Shown: piece after piece, positions 52,750 to 61,532 of the stretch
How the letters are laid out: each line of letters opens with the position of its first letter
Numbering within the stretch: position 1 is the first letter of the stretch
NCBI GenBank assembly: GCA_963822115.1
Contig: CAWGGM010000009.1
Coordinates: 104,451-168,450, forward strand
Origin: an uncultured Pseudomonadota bacterium
GTDB taxonomy: Bacteria > Myxococcota_A > Polyangia > Polyangiales > Polyangiaceae
Length of the DNA: 64,000 nucleotides
Direction: 5' to 3'
Position numbers and translations under genes: made by a program
Notes under the pieces: generated by a model
Seen by the model: only the letters and a program-made list of their open reading frames with translations
Database searches by the model: none
What the model was told of the DNA's origin: nothing

Positions 52750-53541
52750 ATGCAGCTTGGCTCTTCCATCGCGGCACTGGGCATCGCAGCGGCGACCGTC
52801 GGGGCCATCGCCCTGGCTCCGCAGACGCACCCCGGGGCGGGCGCGGCTCCGGCCACGCCGCTGTCGGCCGCTCCGGCCAGGCCGTCGGCCCAGCCGCACG
52901 CCTCCGCCAGCGCGCCCGCGAAACCGGCGAGCGTGAAGAAGCGCGTGTGCACGGTCGCGGCGATCGGCGACTCGATCACCGACTCGCGCTCGCACGGCGG
53001 CAAGTACCTGGCGTACCTGCAGAAGCGCTGCCCCCAGAGCCGCTTCGACAACTACGGCGTCGGCGGCAACATGGTCAACCAGATGCGCCGCCGCTTCGCG
53101 CGCGACGTGCTGGGGCCGTCGAAGCCGCACTACACGCACCTGATCGTGTTCGGCGGCGTGAACGACCTGTACAGCGATCTCACAGCGCATCGCACCAACG
53201 AGAGAATCGAGCGCGACCTGACGAAGATGTACAAGGCCGCGCACGAACACGGCATGCAGGTCGTCGCGATCACCGTCACGCCCTGGGGCGGCTTCAAGCG
53301 CTACTTCAACCCGCGGCGACAGAAGCACACCCTGGCGCTGAACCGCTGGATCAAGGCCGAGCCGGAAAGCGGCGACGTGGACTACGTGGTCGACGCCTAT
53401 CCGCTGCTTTCGTGTGGCAACCCCGAGAAGCTCTGCCCGGGCTACGCCAAGCCGTTCAAGGACGGCATCCACTTCGGCGCCGCGGGGCAGAAGGTGCTGG
53501 GCAAGGCGCTGTACAAGGACGTGTTCAAGAGCTGTCTGTAA
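52750..53541 (+). CDS. Secreted SGNH/GDSL-family hydrolase
   Basis: ATG at 52750, preceded by GGGAG. Signal peptide, Ala/Pro linker, block I AAIGDSITDS, block II GVGGN, block III FGGVNDL, block V DGIHF. The upstream part of the 52468 ORF overlaps the divergent gene and is not credible. Confidence 0.8.
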   Translation: MQLGSSIAALGIAAATVGAIALAPQTHPGAGAAPATPLSAAPARPSAQPHASASAPAKPASVKKRVCTVAAIGDSITDSRSHGGKYLAYLQKRCPQSRFDNYGVGGNMVNQMRRRFARDVLGPSKPHYTHLIVFGGVNDLYSDLTAHRTNERIERDLTKMYKAAHEHGMQVVAITVTPWGGFKRYFNPRRQKHTLALNRWIKAEPESGDVDYVVDAYPLLSCGNPEKLCPGYAKPFKDGIHFGAAGQKVLGKALYKDVFKSCL

Positions 53542-53553
53542 TCGACGCGCGTT

Positions 53554-53627
53554 CGCGACCCGACGACAGCGCGCCGCCGATGCGAGTTGCCGCGACCCGA
53601 CGACAGCGCGCCGCCGATGCGAGTTGC
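53554..53627. repeat. Perfect 37-bp tandem duplication immediately downstream of the SGNH hydrolase stop, ending in a 10-bp-stem hairpin
   Basis: cgcgacccgacgacagcgcgccgccgatgcgagttgc occurs at 53554-53590 and again at 53591-53627. ACGACAGCGC (53600-53609) pairs with GCGCTGTCGT (53626-53635). Confidence 0.9.
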
Positions 53628-53704
53628 GCTGTCGTGGACGCGGTCGACGCTGTCACGCGGTAGGCGCAGGGCACCCATGCGAGTGCGGCGGGCGTTTCCA
53701 TACC

Positions 53705-53960
53705 CAGGCTTCAACTTGCTCGGCTAGATGCCCGCTTTCCGGGCATTTCCGCCACCAAGCTTCAACTTGCTCGGCTAGATGCCCGCATTTCGGGCATTTC
53801 ACCCCTCCGCGACGAGCTTGCTCCACAAAATGCCCGCTTTCCGGGCATTTCCGCCACCAAGTTTCAGCTTGCTCGGCCAGATGCCCGCTTCCCGCACTTC
53901 CCGGGCATTTCCGCCGCCAAGCTTCGGCTTGCTCCACAAAATGCCCGTGTCGCCCCGCGC
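53705..53960. repeat. Intergenic tandem repeat of ~51 bp (5 copies); most copies contain the hairpin ATGCCCG-n5-CGGGCAT
   Basis: ATGCCCG occurs at 53728, 53779, 53830, 53881 and 53941 (spacing 51, 51, 51, 60). The flanks (A/G)AGCTT(c/t)(a/g)(a/g)CTTGCTC and TTTCCGCC(A/G)CCA are repeated. Copy 4 has a 9-nt loop insertion and copy 5 is truncated. Confidence 0.9.
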
Positions 53961-54003
53961 TCCGAGTGCGGTGCGCTGGTAAGGCGTATTTCCACAAGGT
54001 CCG

Positions 54004-54045
54004 CGGTAGCGGCGTTTGGGGCCCCGACCCCAAACGCCGCTACCG
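54004..54045. terminator. Strong 18-bp perfect-stem hairpin (loop CCCCGA), possibly a bidirectional terminator
   Basis: CGGTAGCGGCGTTTGGGG (54004-54021) is the exact reverse complement of CCCCAAACGCCGCTACCG (54028-54045). It lies ~135 nt downstream of the stop of the minus-strand gene 54180-55046. There is no U-tract, as is often the case in high-GC genomes. Confidence 0.45.
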
Positions 54046-54179
54046 GAAGCGTCGCTCCTTGCCCTGTAGGGGAATCGTGACCGGTGATGTAGCTGCTGGT
54101 TCGCGCCGCGCCATCGCTTCTCCGGCGGAGCAGCCTCTGGATTGGCCGCCAGTCGCCGCGTGCCGCCCCACCCGCTGGA

Positions 54180-55046
54180 CTAGCCGCGTTCCTCCGCCAC
54201 AACGCTCGACCCAGAAAACCCTTCGAGCGTCCTCGTTCGGATCTCCGGGTTGACCTCCGGGCTCACCCGATGAAGCAGCGCCATCCCAACGTCCGTGCAG
54301 CGCGCGAACACGACCGCGGCGAAGCCGTGCGCAAACACCGCGACGGCGGGGGGAACCTGGGCGGTGTAGTAGGTCCAGCACTCGCGGCTGGTGCCCCAGT
54401 ACTCGAGGAAGAAGCCGAGCAGCGAGCCGGCGGCAAACATGACGACATCGCGACGATGCCGTCCGGAACGCAGCACCACGGCGAGCATGAGCACGCCCAC
54501 GACGCGCGAGGCCGTGGTGTTCCAGGTGGGGCCCATGAACCAGAACATCCAGGCCGCGTATGCAGGCAACACGACCCAGTACGCCGCGCGATAGGCGGAC
54601 TCGGGTACGGGCCGTCGCGCCTCGGCGCGGCCCAGCGCGAGGTCCAGGAAGTGCGCGAGCCTGTCGATGCTGAGCGCCGCGACGGGCCAGGCCGGCAGGA
54701 TCCACAAGGGCGGGCGCTCGGCGGTGAAGTAGTGCCAGAGCTGGGTCTGGGTGCCCCACCACTCGATGAAGCCGCCGCCGCCCAGACCCACCGCGAGCAC
54801 GACCAGATCGCGACGCGGGCGCACGTTCCAGGTGAGCAGCGCTGCCATCCACAACCAGATGCCGGCGAGCAGCCAGTCCATGCCGCCGTCCACGTCGATG
54901 AGATCGCTCCAGCGGTAGCCGACCGCCGCGCCGGTGAGCACCAGGACGAGCAGCGCCACCAGGCTCGACCGGTCGTAGCGCTGGACCACGAAGCCGAACA
55001 GGGAGCGGCCTGGACGGCGGGGCGGAGCGAGGGCCGCGTGCTGCAT
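54180..55046 (-). CDS. Integral membrane protein with an internal two-fold duplication, family not recognised
   Basis: ATG at 55046 (MQHAALAPP...). About 8 TM helices. The two halves share GGFIEWWGTQTQLWHYF and LGFFLEYWGTSRECWTYY. Confidence 0.65.
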   Translation of the reverse strand: MQHAALAPPRRPGRSLFGFVVQRYDRSSLVALLVLVLTGAAVGYRWSDLIDVDGGMDWLLAGIWLWMAALLTWNVRPRRDLVVLAVGLGGGGFIEWWGTQTQLWHYFTAERPPLWILPAWPVAALSIDRLAHFLDLALGRAEARRPVPESAYRAAYWVVLPAYAAWMFWFMGPTWNTTASRVVGVLMLAVVLRSGRHRRDVVMFAAGSLLGFFLEYWGTSRECWTYYTAQVPPAVAVFAHGFAAVVFARCTDVGMALLHRVSPEVNPEIRTRTLEGFSGSSVVAEERG

Positions 55047-55141
55047 CTCGACCCGGAAAGCTACCACGACGGCCCGCGGGCCCGGCCCGCGGCAGGATCC
55101 GCTGGGAGACAGCGGCATTTCGAGGTATCAACGGGCCCGAG

Positions 55142-55813
55142 ATGGCCGAGCAGAAGGCGAAGAAGAAGGCCGGCAACCGGCCCGCCACGAAGAAGGCGGG
55201 GAACCGGCCGGCCGCGAAGAAGAAGACCCGAGAGCCGGAGCCGACGCCGGTCGTCGGCGGGCGCTTCCTGCTCGCAGTCCTGATCGTGTTCGTGATGGTC
55301 GTGGTCCCGATGTCGAAGCTCGGCGACTTCTTCCAGAAGCCGGGCCCGGGAAAGACCAACACCGCGACCTGGCGCAAGGGCAACACGACCGAGGTGCGCA
55401 TCACGCTGGTGACCTCGGACTACAACAACCTCTCCTGCGCTTCCGAAAAGAGCCTCGACGGCGCGCACTGCGCCTACAAGAGCGAGAGCGAAGGCTGGCC
55501 GCGCGCCGCCGGTGAGCCGCTGGACGACAACAAGAAGAACATCATCCAGCCCTACCGCACCTGGCCCGACAACCAGTTGATCCTCGTGGCGGGACTGTGG
55601 GCGACGCCCCACGTGGCGATGCGTCTGCACGACGAGCCGCCTGCCGGTGTGCCCGCAAAGAAGCTCGCGCGCTTCGTCGCGACCTGCAAGGTGCGCTTCC
55701 TCGGTCAGCTCGACGGCGCGAAGCTGCACTGGAACGCGGGCGGCAAATGGATGAACCAGCCCCGCGCCATGGTCGCACGCGCGCTGTCGTGCAAGGTCGG
55801 CGAAGAGAAGTAG
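55142..55813 (+). CDS. Hypothetical membrane-anchored protein with a Lys-rich N-terminus
   Basis: MAEQKAKKKAGNRPATKKAGNRPAAKKK (duplicated KKAGNRPA), one TM helix (FLLAVLIVFVMVVVP), and a ~150-aa extracytoplasmic domain with 4 Cys. Confidence 0.65.
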   Translation: MAEQKAKKKAGNRPATKKAGNRPAAKKKTREPEPTPVVGGRFLLAVLIVFVMVVVPMSKLGDFFQKPGPGKTNTATWRKGNTTEVRITLVTSDYNNLSCASEKSLDGAHCAYKSESEGWPRAAGEPLDDNKKNIIQPYRTWPDNQLILVAGLWATPHVAMRLHDEPPAGVPAKKLARFVATCKVRFLGQLDGAKLHWNAGGKWMNQPRAMVARALSCKVGEEK

Positions 55814-55825
55814 CGCCGGCGAGCG

Positions 55826-56257
55826 TTACAGCTGTGCGCCGATCCACTGCTTGAACATCGACCCGGGCGGCAGACCGCTCTGGCGCGCGGCTTCCGTGCC
55901 GCCCTTGAACACGATGAACGTCGGGATGCCGCGGATGCCGAGCTCGGCAGACGGCCCCGGGTTCGCGTCGGTGTCGAGCTTCAGCACGATCAGGCGGCCG
56001 GCGTTCTCGCGGGCGACCTTGTCGAGAATGGGTGCTGCCATGCGACACGGCCCACACCACTCGGCCCAGAAATCGACCAGCACGGGAACCGGTGATTTCG
56101 CGATGGTCGCCTTCATGGCCGATGCATCGACGGGCTGCGGAGCTCCGGAGATGTCCAGCTTCTCGCGACAGCGGCCACAGATGGGAGAACCTGGCGGAAG
56201 CGGATGGGGGACGCGATTGATGCCGCCACATCGATTGCAACGATAGGATCGGGTCAC
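55826..56257 (-). CDS. trxC: Thioredoxin 2 type (N-terminal zinc-finger + thioredoxin fold)
   Basis: GTG start. CNRCGG ... CGRC zinc-ribbon. WAEWCGPC active site. 143 aa. Confidence 0.9.
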   Translation of the reverse strand: MTRSYRCNRCGGINRVPHPLPPGSPICGRCREKLDISGAPQPVDASAMKATIAKSPVPVLVDFWAEWCGPCRMAAPILDKVARENAGRLIVLKLDTDANPGPSAELGIRGIPTFIVFKGGTEAARQSGLPPGSMFKQWIGAQL

Positions 56258-56436
56258 GGAAAGCCTCGGTGCAAGTGTCGTTCCACGCAGAACGATTTAG
56301 GTAGAATGCACGATAGCAGGGAAACGAAATGCTGACCGAACGAGTCGTAGACCATGACGCGTTGCGGCGCCAGTCGGGCCCGCGCGATGCACAGCATGCG
56401 CGGAGCGCGCGAGCATGCCGCAAAGCCTGCGCCGGG

Positions 56437-57255
56437 TCACCTGGGCTGCGGCGTCATGCGACGCCGCTCGATTACGCCGTCGGAAGCCTCGCGCCGCACG
56501 GCGACGCAGCGAGCCCAGACCAGCATGTGCACAGCGTAGGCGACGAGACACAGCCCCGCTGCGACGAGCAGAAATGCCCCAAACGGCGTCGCCGCGATGC
56601 GGGAGAGCCTGGCGATGATGCTGTGCGCCGCGACGCCCCCGTCGCCGTAGGTTCCGTGCGCAAGCAGCGCGCCCAGACCCAGCAGCACCAGCCCACGCGC
56701 CGTCACTCCGAGCCGACCGCTCAGCAGTATCCAGCGACCCGAGCGCTGGCGGATACGACCATAGTCCAGCCTCTCGACAAACCCGGCCGTCAACCCGAGC
56801 AACATCTGGTAGACGCCCGACGCCATGAGCAGCACGCCGAGGCCTGCGAGCACCAGCAAGCCGGTCGGGTGCGCGTGCAGGTCGCCCACCCAGGTCGGAG
56901 CGCGTCCCGACAGCTGGCGCGGCACACCGAGCTGCACCGCCGCAACCGCCAGCGCGCCGTGCAACACTCCGCTGACCAGGTAGCCGCCGCGTCGGAGCAG
57001 TCCGCGCAATCCGGAACCGTCGTGCTCGAAATCGAGCACGCCCTGCGCGAACCGCCAGAACGCGTAGGCAGCCAGCCCCAGCGCGACAAAAGCCAGCAGC
57101 ACGCGCCCGACGCCGTGCGCACCCGGCAGGACAGGACCGAAGACCACAGCGTCGACGAGGAGCGCGCCGAGCAGCAGGTAGATGACCCCCTTGGTTGCGT
57201 AGGCCCCGCGGATCCAGCTCTCTGTGCTCTTCCCGTGCTCGACCGACGGCGTCAT
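56437..57255 (-). CDS. DUF1206-like membrane protein
   Basis: Three repeats of paired TM helices preceded by (R/K)G-x-(Y/V) motifs (IRGAYATKGVIYLLLG; RRGGYLVSGVLHGALA; SGRLGVTARGLVLLGLG). This is the pattern I associate with DUF1206. Confidence 0.7.
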   Translation of the reverse strand: MTPSVEHGKSTESWIRGAYATKGVIYLLLGALLVDAVVFGPVLPGAHGVGRVLLAFVALGLAAYAFWRFAQGVLDFEHDGSGLRGLLRRGGYLVSGVLHGALAVAAVQLGVPRQLSGRAPTWVGDLHAHPTGLLVLAGLGVLLMASGVYQMLLGLTAGFVERLDYGRIRQRSGRWILLSGRLGVTARGLVLLGLGALLAHGTYGDGGVAAHSIIARLSRIAATPFGAFLLVAAGLCLVAYAVHMLVWARCVAVRREASDGVIERRRMTPQPR

Positions 57256-57340
57256 GAATGCCCCCTTCGAAAGCTAGCCTGCAGCGAGCGTGCCAGCTTT
57301 GCGACGCGCGGGCGGAAAGCCGTGGCAAAGCGCCACGTTG

Positions 57341-58966
57341 CTACTTCGCGAGGTGGCAGTCGAGCACTTCGCTGACCAGACGCGGCGACGGCGCGCGCTC
57401 GAGATAGACGGCCAGGAGCTTGCCGGTTCCGAGCCCGAACAGGTGCGACTCGTCGACGTCCTCGCCGGAGGGCGTCACGCGGAAGGGCCGCCCCGCGACG
57501 GCCAGGCTGGCGTCGACCGGCACTACGACCATCTGGCCATGAAGCCTGTCGCCCGACTGGTAGGCGATCCAGCGCTGTCCGGCGGCGACGGCGAAGGTGG
57601 GCTCGGCCTGCGACGGATCGGTGTCGATACCGAGCGCGGTGAGCTTCGCCGGCAGCGTGCCGCCTCGACCGGACAACCTGGCGACCTGCGCCGACCAGTG
57701 ATCGTTGTCGGCCGACTGCGAAAGCAGGATCAACAAGTCGTCTCCGTCGCGCAGCATGTGGGGCATGGTCAAATAGCCGCCCCCGTACACGCGAGCTGGC
57801 CCGCGCTGGCGCTTGTCGGGACCCAGAGTCCACGCGTACAGCGAGCCGCGGTAGCGCGCCGCCAGCGCGTAGCTTCCATCAGGGAGCTTCTCGGCGACGG
57901 GCGCCTCGAAGGTGTAGAGCTTGTCGGGATTGTCGGCGAGCTTGATGGTCTTCAGGAGCACGTTGGCGCGGCCTCCACCGGGAGCGACGAAGAAGCGCAT
58001 GCTGTAGTGCGTGCTGCCGTCGCTCTCGGGCTTTGCGTACAGCTCGCTGCCCACGGCCCAGGCGTCGTGACCCGCCGGATCGACGAAGCTCCGGCAATCG
58101 CGCAGCTCGCGCTCCGGCTTGCCGGGTTTCGCCGGCTTCTTGACCGTCGCGCTGGGCCTTCCGACGACGGCGGCGGGCTTCGCTGGTGTGGCCGGCTTGG
58201 CCGGCTGAGCGGGCTTTGCACCCGGCTTGCGCGCGATGTGCTGCCGCAGAATGCCCGGCAGCGCGAGGCGGCCGCGCACCGCCACGGGCTTCTTCGCCGC
58301 GGGCTGCTTGGCGGAAGCCGGCGCCGACGCGCTCGGCGCCGGCTCGGGGATCACGCCGGCGTGCGCGACGCGTCCGCCGGGCGGCGTCTTGTCGCTATCC
58401 TCGTCGCTCCGGTCGAGTAGCGGCTTGCCGTCGAACACCAGCAGCGCCTTCGACGTGTCCGTGCGACCGCAGGCGATACGCCGCCGCTTGTTCTTGTAGA
58501 CGTCGCGGTAGTCGGCGTAGGCGACCAGTACGCCTTTTGCCGCCACCGCAGGCGTGACGCGCTGCAGATCGCGCCGTCCCTGCGCGGCCGGCACGCCGTG
58601 CGCAAGCGGATTGGCCCCGGCCACGACCGGCTGCACCAGCTTCCCCTCCCCTGCCCGATCGAAGGCGACGATCTCCGGGCGGTTGCCCATGGCGACGCCA
58701 ACCGCGAAGCTGCCGTCCGACAGACGGGTCACGGTGATGCCGGTGCGCGCATTGGCCCCGCTACCCCAGACCTTGCGCTGCACGACCTTGCACACCCCGC
58801 TCTGCGCTGCAGGCGTAGGCGCCGCACTCGCCTGGGCGGAGGCGGACGCCGCGGGCTTCGCTGCTTCGCCCTTTCCGCCCAGCAGCGAGCGGATCTTCGA
58901 ACAGCCTCCGAGTGGAAGGGACGCCAGCGCGACGCAGCCGACGAGCGTGAGATTCATGAGTCGCAT
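57341..58966 (-). CDS. Large hypothetical lipoprotein
   Basis: The ATG at 58966 gives MRLMNLTLVGCVALASLPLGGC (lipobox). Ala/Pro/Lys-rich linkers separate two globular regions. The 682-aa track ORF extends upstream into the MMPL gene end and is not credible. Confidence 0.7.
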   Translation of the reverse strand: MRLMNLTLVGCVALASLPLGGCSKIRSLLGGKGEAAKPAASASAQASAAPTPAAQSGVCKVVQRKVWGSGANARTGITVTRLSDGSFAVGVAMGNRPEIVAFDRAGEGKLVQPVVAGANPLAHGVPAAQGRRDLQRVTPAVAAKGVLVAYADYRDVYKNKRRRIACGRTDTSKALLVFDGKPLLDRSDEDSDKTPPGGRVAHAGVIPEPAPSASAPASAKQPAAKKPVAVRGRLALPGILRQHIARKPGAKPAQPAKPATPAKPAAVVGRPSATVKKPAKPGKPERELRDCRSFVDPAGHDAWAVGSELYAKPESDGSTHYSMRFFVAPGGGRANVLLKTIKLADNPDKLYTFEAPVAEKLPDGSYALAARYRGSLYAWTLGPDKRQRGPARVYGGGYLTMPHMLRDGDDLLILLSQSADNDHWSAQVARLSGRGGTLPAKLTALGIDTDPSQAEPTFAVAAGQRWIAYQSGDRLHGQMVVVPVDASLAVAGRPFRVTPSGEDVDESHLFGLGTGKLLAVYLERAPSPRLVSEVLDCHLAK

Positions 58967-59036
58967 ACGCCGTGCAGCGTAGACGAGCGCTCGGCGCTTG
59001 TCGCCCGCTAGCCCGCGGCCCGTCCTGGAGCGGCGC

Positions 59037-61520
59037 CTAGTCCTCTCCGGCTCGCCGGACAGTGGCGCGCCCCAGGAGCAGCAGGGCCGCAGGCAGCGCG
59101 AGAATGGCGGTGGACAGGCAGGCCAGCTCCCCGGAGACCGCGAACACGCCGAACGAGAACAGCGCGCGGTTCTGCGCCACCAGCAGCGAGCCGAAGCCGA
59201 TGATGGTCGTCGCCGAGCACAGCGCGACGGCGCCCCCCGTCGCGCCCAGCGCAGTACGCAGATCGAGCCGCCCTTCGACCTGGAAGCGCTTGAGCATGTT
59301 GATCGAGTAGTCCGCGCCGATGCCGAAGGTGATGGGCAGCGCCACGAAGTTCGAGAAATTGAGCTTCGCTCCAGCCCAGGCCAGCGCACCCAGCATCAGC
59401 GTGACGCCGCCGAAGACCGAGGCCACCGCGGCCAGCGACAGACCGATCGAGCGGAACGACAACAGGCAGATCACGAGCACCGCGGCCAGCGAAAGCGCCG
59501 TGGCCTTCGGGCCGTCGTGTTTCATCGCAGCCGCGATGTCGCTCGACAGCAGCAGCGACCCCGCGACGGGCATCGCCCGGCCGTCCACGGAGGCCGCCTG
59601 CCTGAGATCATGCGCAAAGGCTCCCATCTTGCGCGTATCCCACGTCCCGGCGCCCAGCTTCGGATACACGAGCACGCTGCGGTCGATGCGTCCGCCGTGC
59701 TCGCGCAGGCCCGTGACGAGCGCGTCGGGGATCTGTCGTGCCTGTAGCGGGACGAGTGACGGCGGCGAGAGCGCGCGCTCGACCAGCTTGCGATCCTTGT
59801 CGGAGAGCTCGCCCAGCATGCGAGGAGTGAGTACCTTCTTCAGCTTGCGCGCGGCCGCGATGGACTCCGAACGGTCCGGACGCAACAAGTCGGACGCGCT
59901 GCGAACGGAACCGATGAGCCCGCCGCCACGCCCCTCGCGCACGAGCTTCCGGACGCGCTGCTCGATCAGCCGTGCATGCGGCCCCGTGTCCGCCATGACC
60001 ACGGTGGGCGTCAGATAGCGCCTGAGCGTGGCGTCCATGCGCTTGCCCCAGTAGCGCTCGCCGCTGCCCGCCGACTCGCGTCGACGCAACTTGGAAAGGT
60101 CGTACTGGATCCAGTTGCCCTTGCGGTGCGCCAGGCCGACAACCGACAGCGCCACCAGCGCACCGGCGACGGCGAGCACCGAGCGCGGCCGGGCCACCAG
60201 CCACAGCGCCGCGCGACGCACCAGACCCGGGCGCTCGGCTTCCACGCGACCGGCGGCGGTGCCCAGGCGCCCGGCAAACAGCGACAGCAACGGCGGCAGC
60301 AGCAGGAACGTGGCGAGCCAGCAGATGACCATACCGAAGCCGCCGATCCAGCCGAACTGGTTGAAGCCGCGGAAGTCGGTGAAGATCAGCGAGCCGTACG
60401 CAGCCGACGCCGCCAGGGCGGCGGCCAGTGTGGGTTTCCAGGTTTCCGAGACCGCCGTGGTCGTTGCCTGGTCGAGACCCGCGCCACGACGCCGCTCCTC
60501 CGCGAAGCGCGCAAGCAGGATGATGCCGCTGTTGATGCCGTTGCCTATGACGATGGAACCGAGAAACGCCGTGTTCGAGTTCAAGTGGCGGATGTCGAGC
60601 GGCGGGAGTGCGACGATCGCGAACGCCCCGAGCGTTCCACACAGAAGCGGCAGGCCGAGCAACGGCAGCGCGCGCCACGAACCAAAGAACCAGATGATGA
60701 CGGCCACCACCAGCAGCAGGACGAGCAGGCCGGAGGCCGACAGATCGCTGAACAGACCTGTCAGTTCTTCCACGCGCGTGGCGACGTCGCCTGCGAAGCC
60801 GACGCGCATGCCCTTGGCGTAGGCCTTCGGGAAACCCAGATCGGCGATGTCCTGCTTCACGCGGTCGAGCAAGAGCTCGTCCGCCTGGTAGCTCGTGGCC
60901 TGGCTGCTGGCCTGGATCAGGAGCACCGCGGTGCGGCCGTCGCTGGAAACGAAACGGCCACCCGGAAAGCCTCGAGCCCCGCCGTAGAGCTTTTCGTACT
61001 TGTCCCGGATCTCCTGGATGGGCAGCTTGGGCTCGGGCTCTTCCTTGTCGCTGAGCAGGTTGATGCCCATCTTGCGCGTGACTTCCCAGTCACGGCGCTT
61101 CTCGACCGCCTTGACCAGCTTCCGCACGTCGCCCGGATCCATCAGCTGGAACGCGTAGGTCTCGGCAAAGCGACGCTCGGCCTTGATGTCGGTACGCACC
61201 GCCCCGACCAGACCGGGAGGGTAGCCCTGGATGCGTCGCTTCAGGTCGTCGAGAAAGCGATTGGCCGCGGGCACGTTCTTCTTGCCGCCCGTGTCGACGA
61301 CCACGCCCAGGTGGCGGATCCCGGGTAGCCGCGCGCGCATCACGTCCAGCGCCTTCACGCTGGGCGCCGTCACCGGCAACAGCTCTTCCAGATCGCTCCG
61401 CAGCGCGGCGTAGGTCCGCACGGTGCGGTAGCCGGCGACGGCCGCGACGACAGCCGCGAGCACGAGCACAACGGCACGGCGCCGCACAAGCCACGCCACA
61501 TAGCGCGCGCTCCGGCTCAT
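59037..61520 (-). CDS. MMPL / RND-superfamily membrane transporter (HpnN-like architecture)
   Basis: 827 aa in two halves, each with 1 TM + a large periplasmic loop + 5 TM. Typical MMPL blocks (GSIVIGNGINSGIILLARF; PITFGIGADYSINMLKRF). Confidence 0.85.
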   Translation of the reverse strand: MSRSARYVAWLVRRRAVVLVLAAVVAAVAGYRTVRTYAALRSDLEELLPVTAPSVKALDVMRARLPGIRHLGVVVDTGGKKNVPAANRFLDDLKRRIQGYPPGLVGAVRTDIKAERRFAETYAFQLMDPGDVRKLVKAVEKRRDWEVTRKMGINLLSDKEEPEPKLPIQEIRDKYEKLYGGARGFPGGRFVSSDGRTAVLLIQASSQATSYQADELLLDRVKQDIADLGFPKAYAKGMRVGFAGDVATRVEELTGLFSDLSASGLLVLLLVVAVIIWFFGSWRALPLLGLPLLCGTLGAFAIVALPPLDIRHLNSNTAFLGSIVIGNGINSGIILLARFAEERRRGAGLDQATTTAVSETWKPTLAAALAASAAYGSLIFTDFRGFNQFGWIGGFGMVICWLATFLLLPPLLSLFAGRLGTAAGRVEAERPGLVRRAALWLVARPRSVLAVAGALVALSVVGLAHRKGNWIQYDLSKLRRRESAGSGERYWGKRMDATLRRYLTPTVVMADTGPHARLIEQRVRKLVREGRGGGLIGSVRSASDLLRPDRSESIAAARKLKKVLTPRMLGELSDKDRKLVERALSPPSLVPLQARQIPDALVTGLREHGGRIDRSVLVYPKLGAGTWDTRKMGAFAHDLRQAASVDGRAMPVAGSLLLSSDIAAAMKHDGPKATALSLAAVLVICLLSFRSIGLSLAAVASVFGGVTLMLGALAWAGAKLNFSNFVALPITFGIGADYSINMLKRFQVEGRLDLRTALGATGGAVALCSATTIIGFGSLLVAQNRALFSFGVFAVSGELACLSTAILALPAALLLLGRATVRRAGED

Positions 61521-61532
61521 GGCGGGCAGGTC

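Noticed and set aside
51066-53663. 865-aa plus-strand ORF spanning 51066-53663
   Set aside because: It is antisense to or out of frame with the lipoprotein gene, the CDP-alcohol phosphatidyltransferase gene and the SGNH hydrolase gene, all of which carry clear family motifs. Its product is Arg/Gly/Ala-rich.
53705-53960. Possible CRISPR array, because of regularly spaced palindromic repeats
   Set aside because: The period is only 51 bp, and the sequence between the hairpins is itself repeated (GCTTCAACTTGCTCGGCTAG recurs). There are therefore no unique spacers. No cas genes are nearby. I treat it as a tandem structured repeat.
53653-54033. 126-aa minus-strand ORF with 17-aa repeats (GHLAEQVEAWWRKCPES) as a repeat protein
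   Set aside because: The amino-acid periodicity simply mirrors the 51-bp DNA repeat. Codons in this frame frequently end in A or T (CTA, CAA, GTT, GAA, GCT, AAA), unlike real genes here. There is no credible start context.
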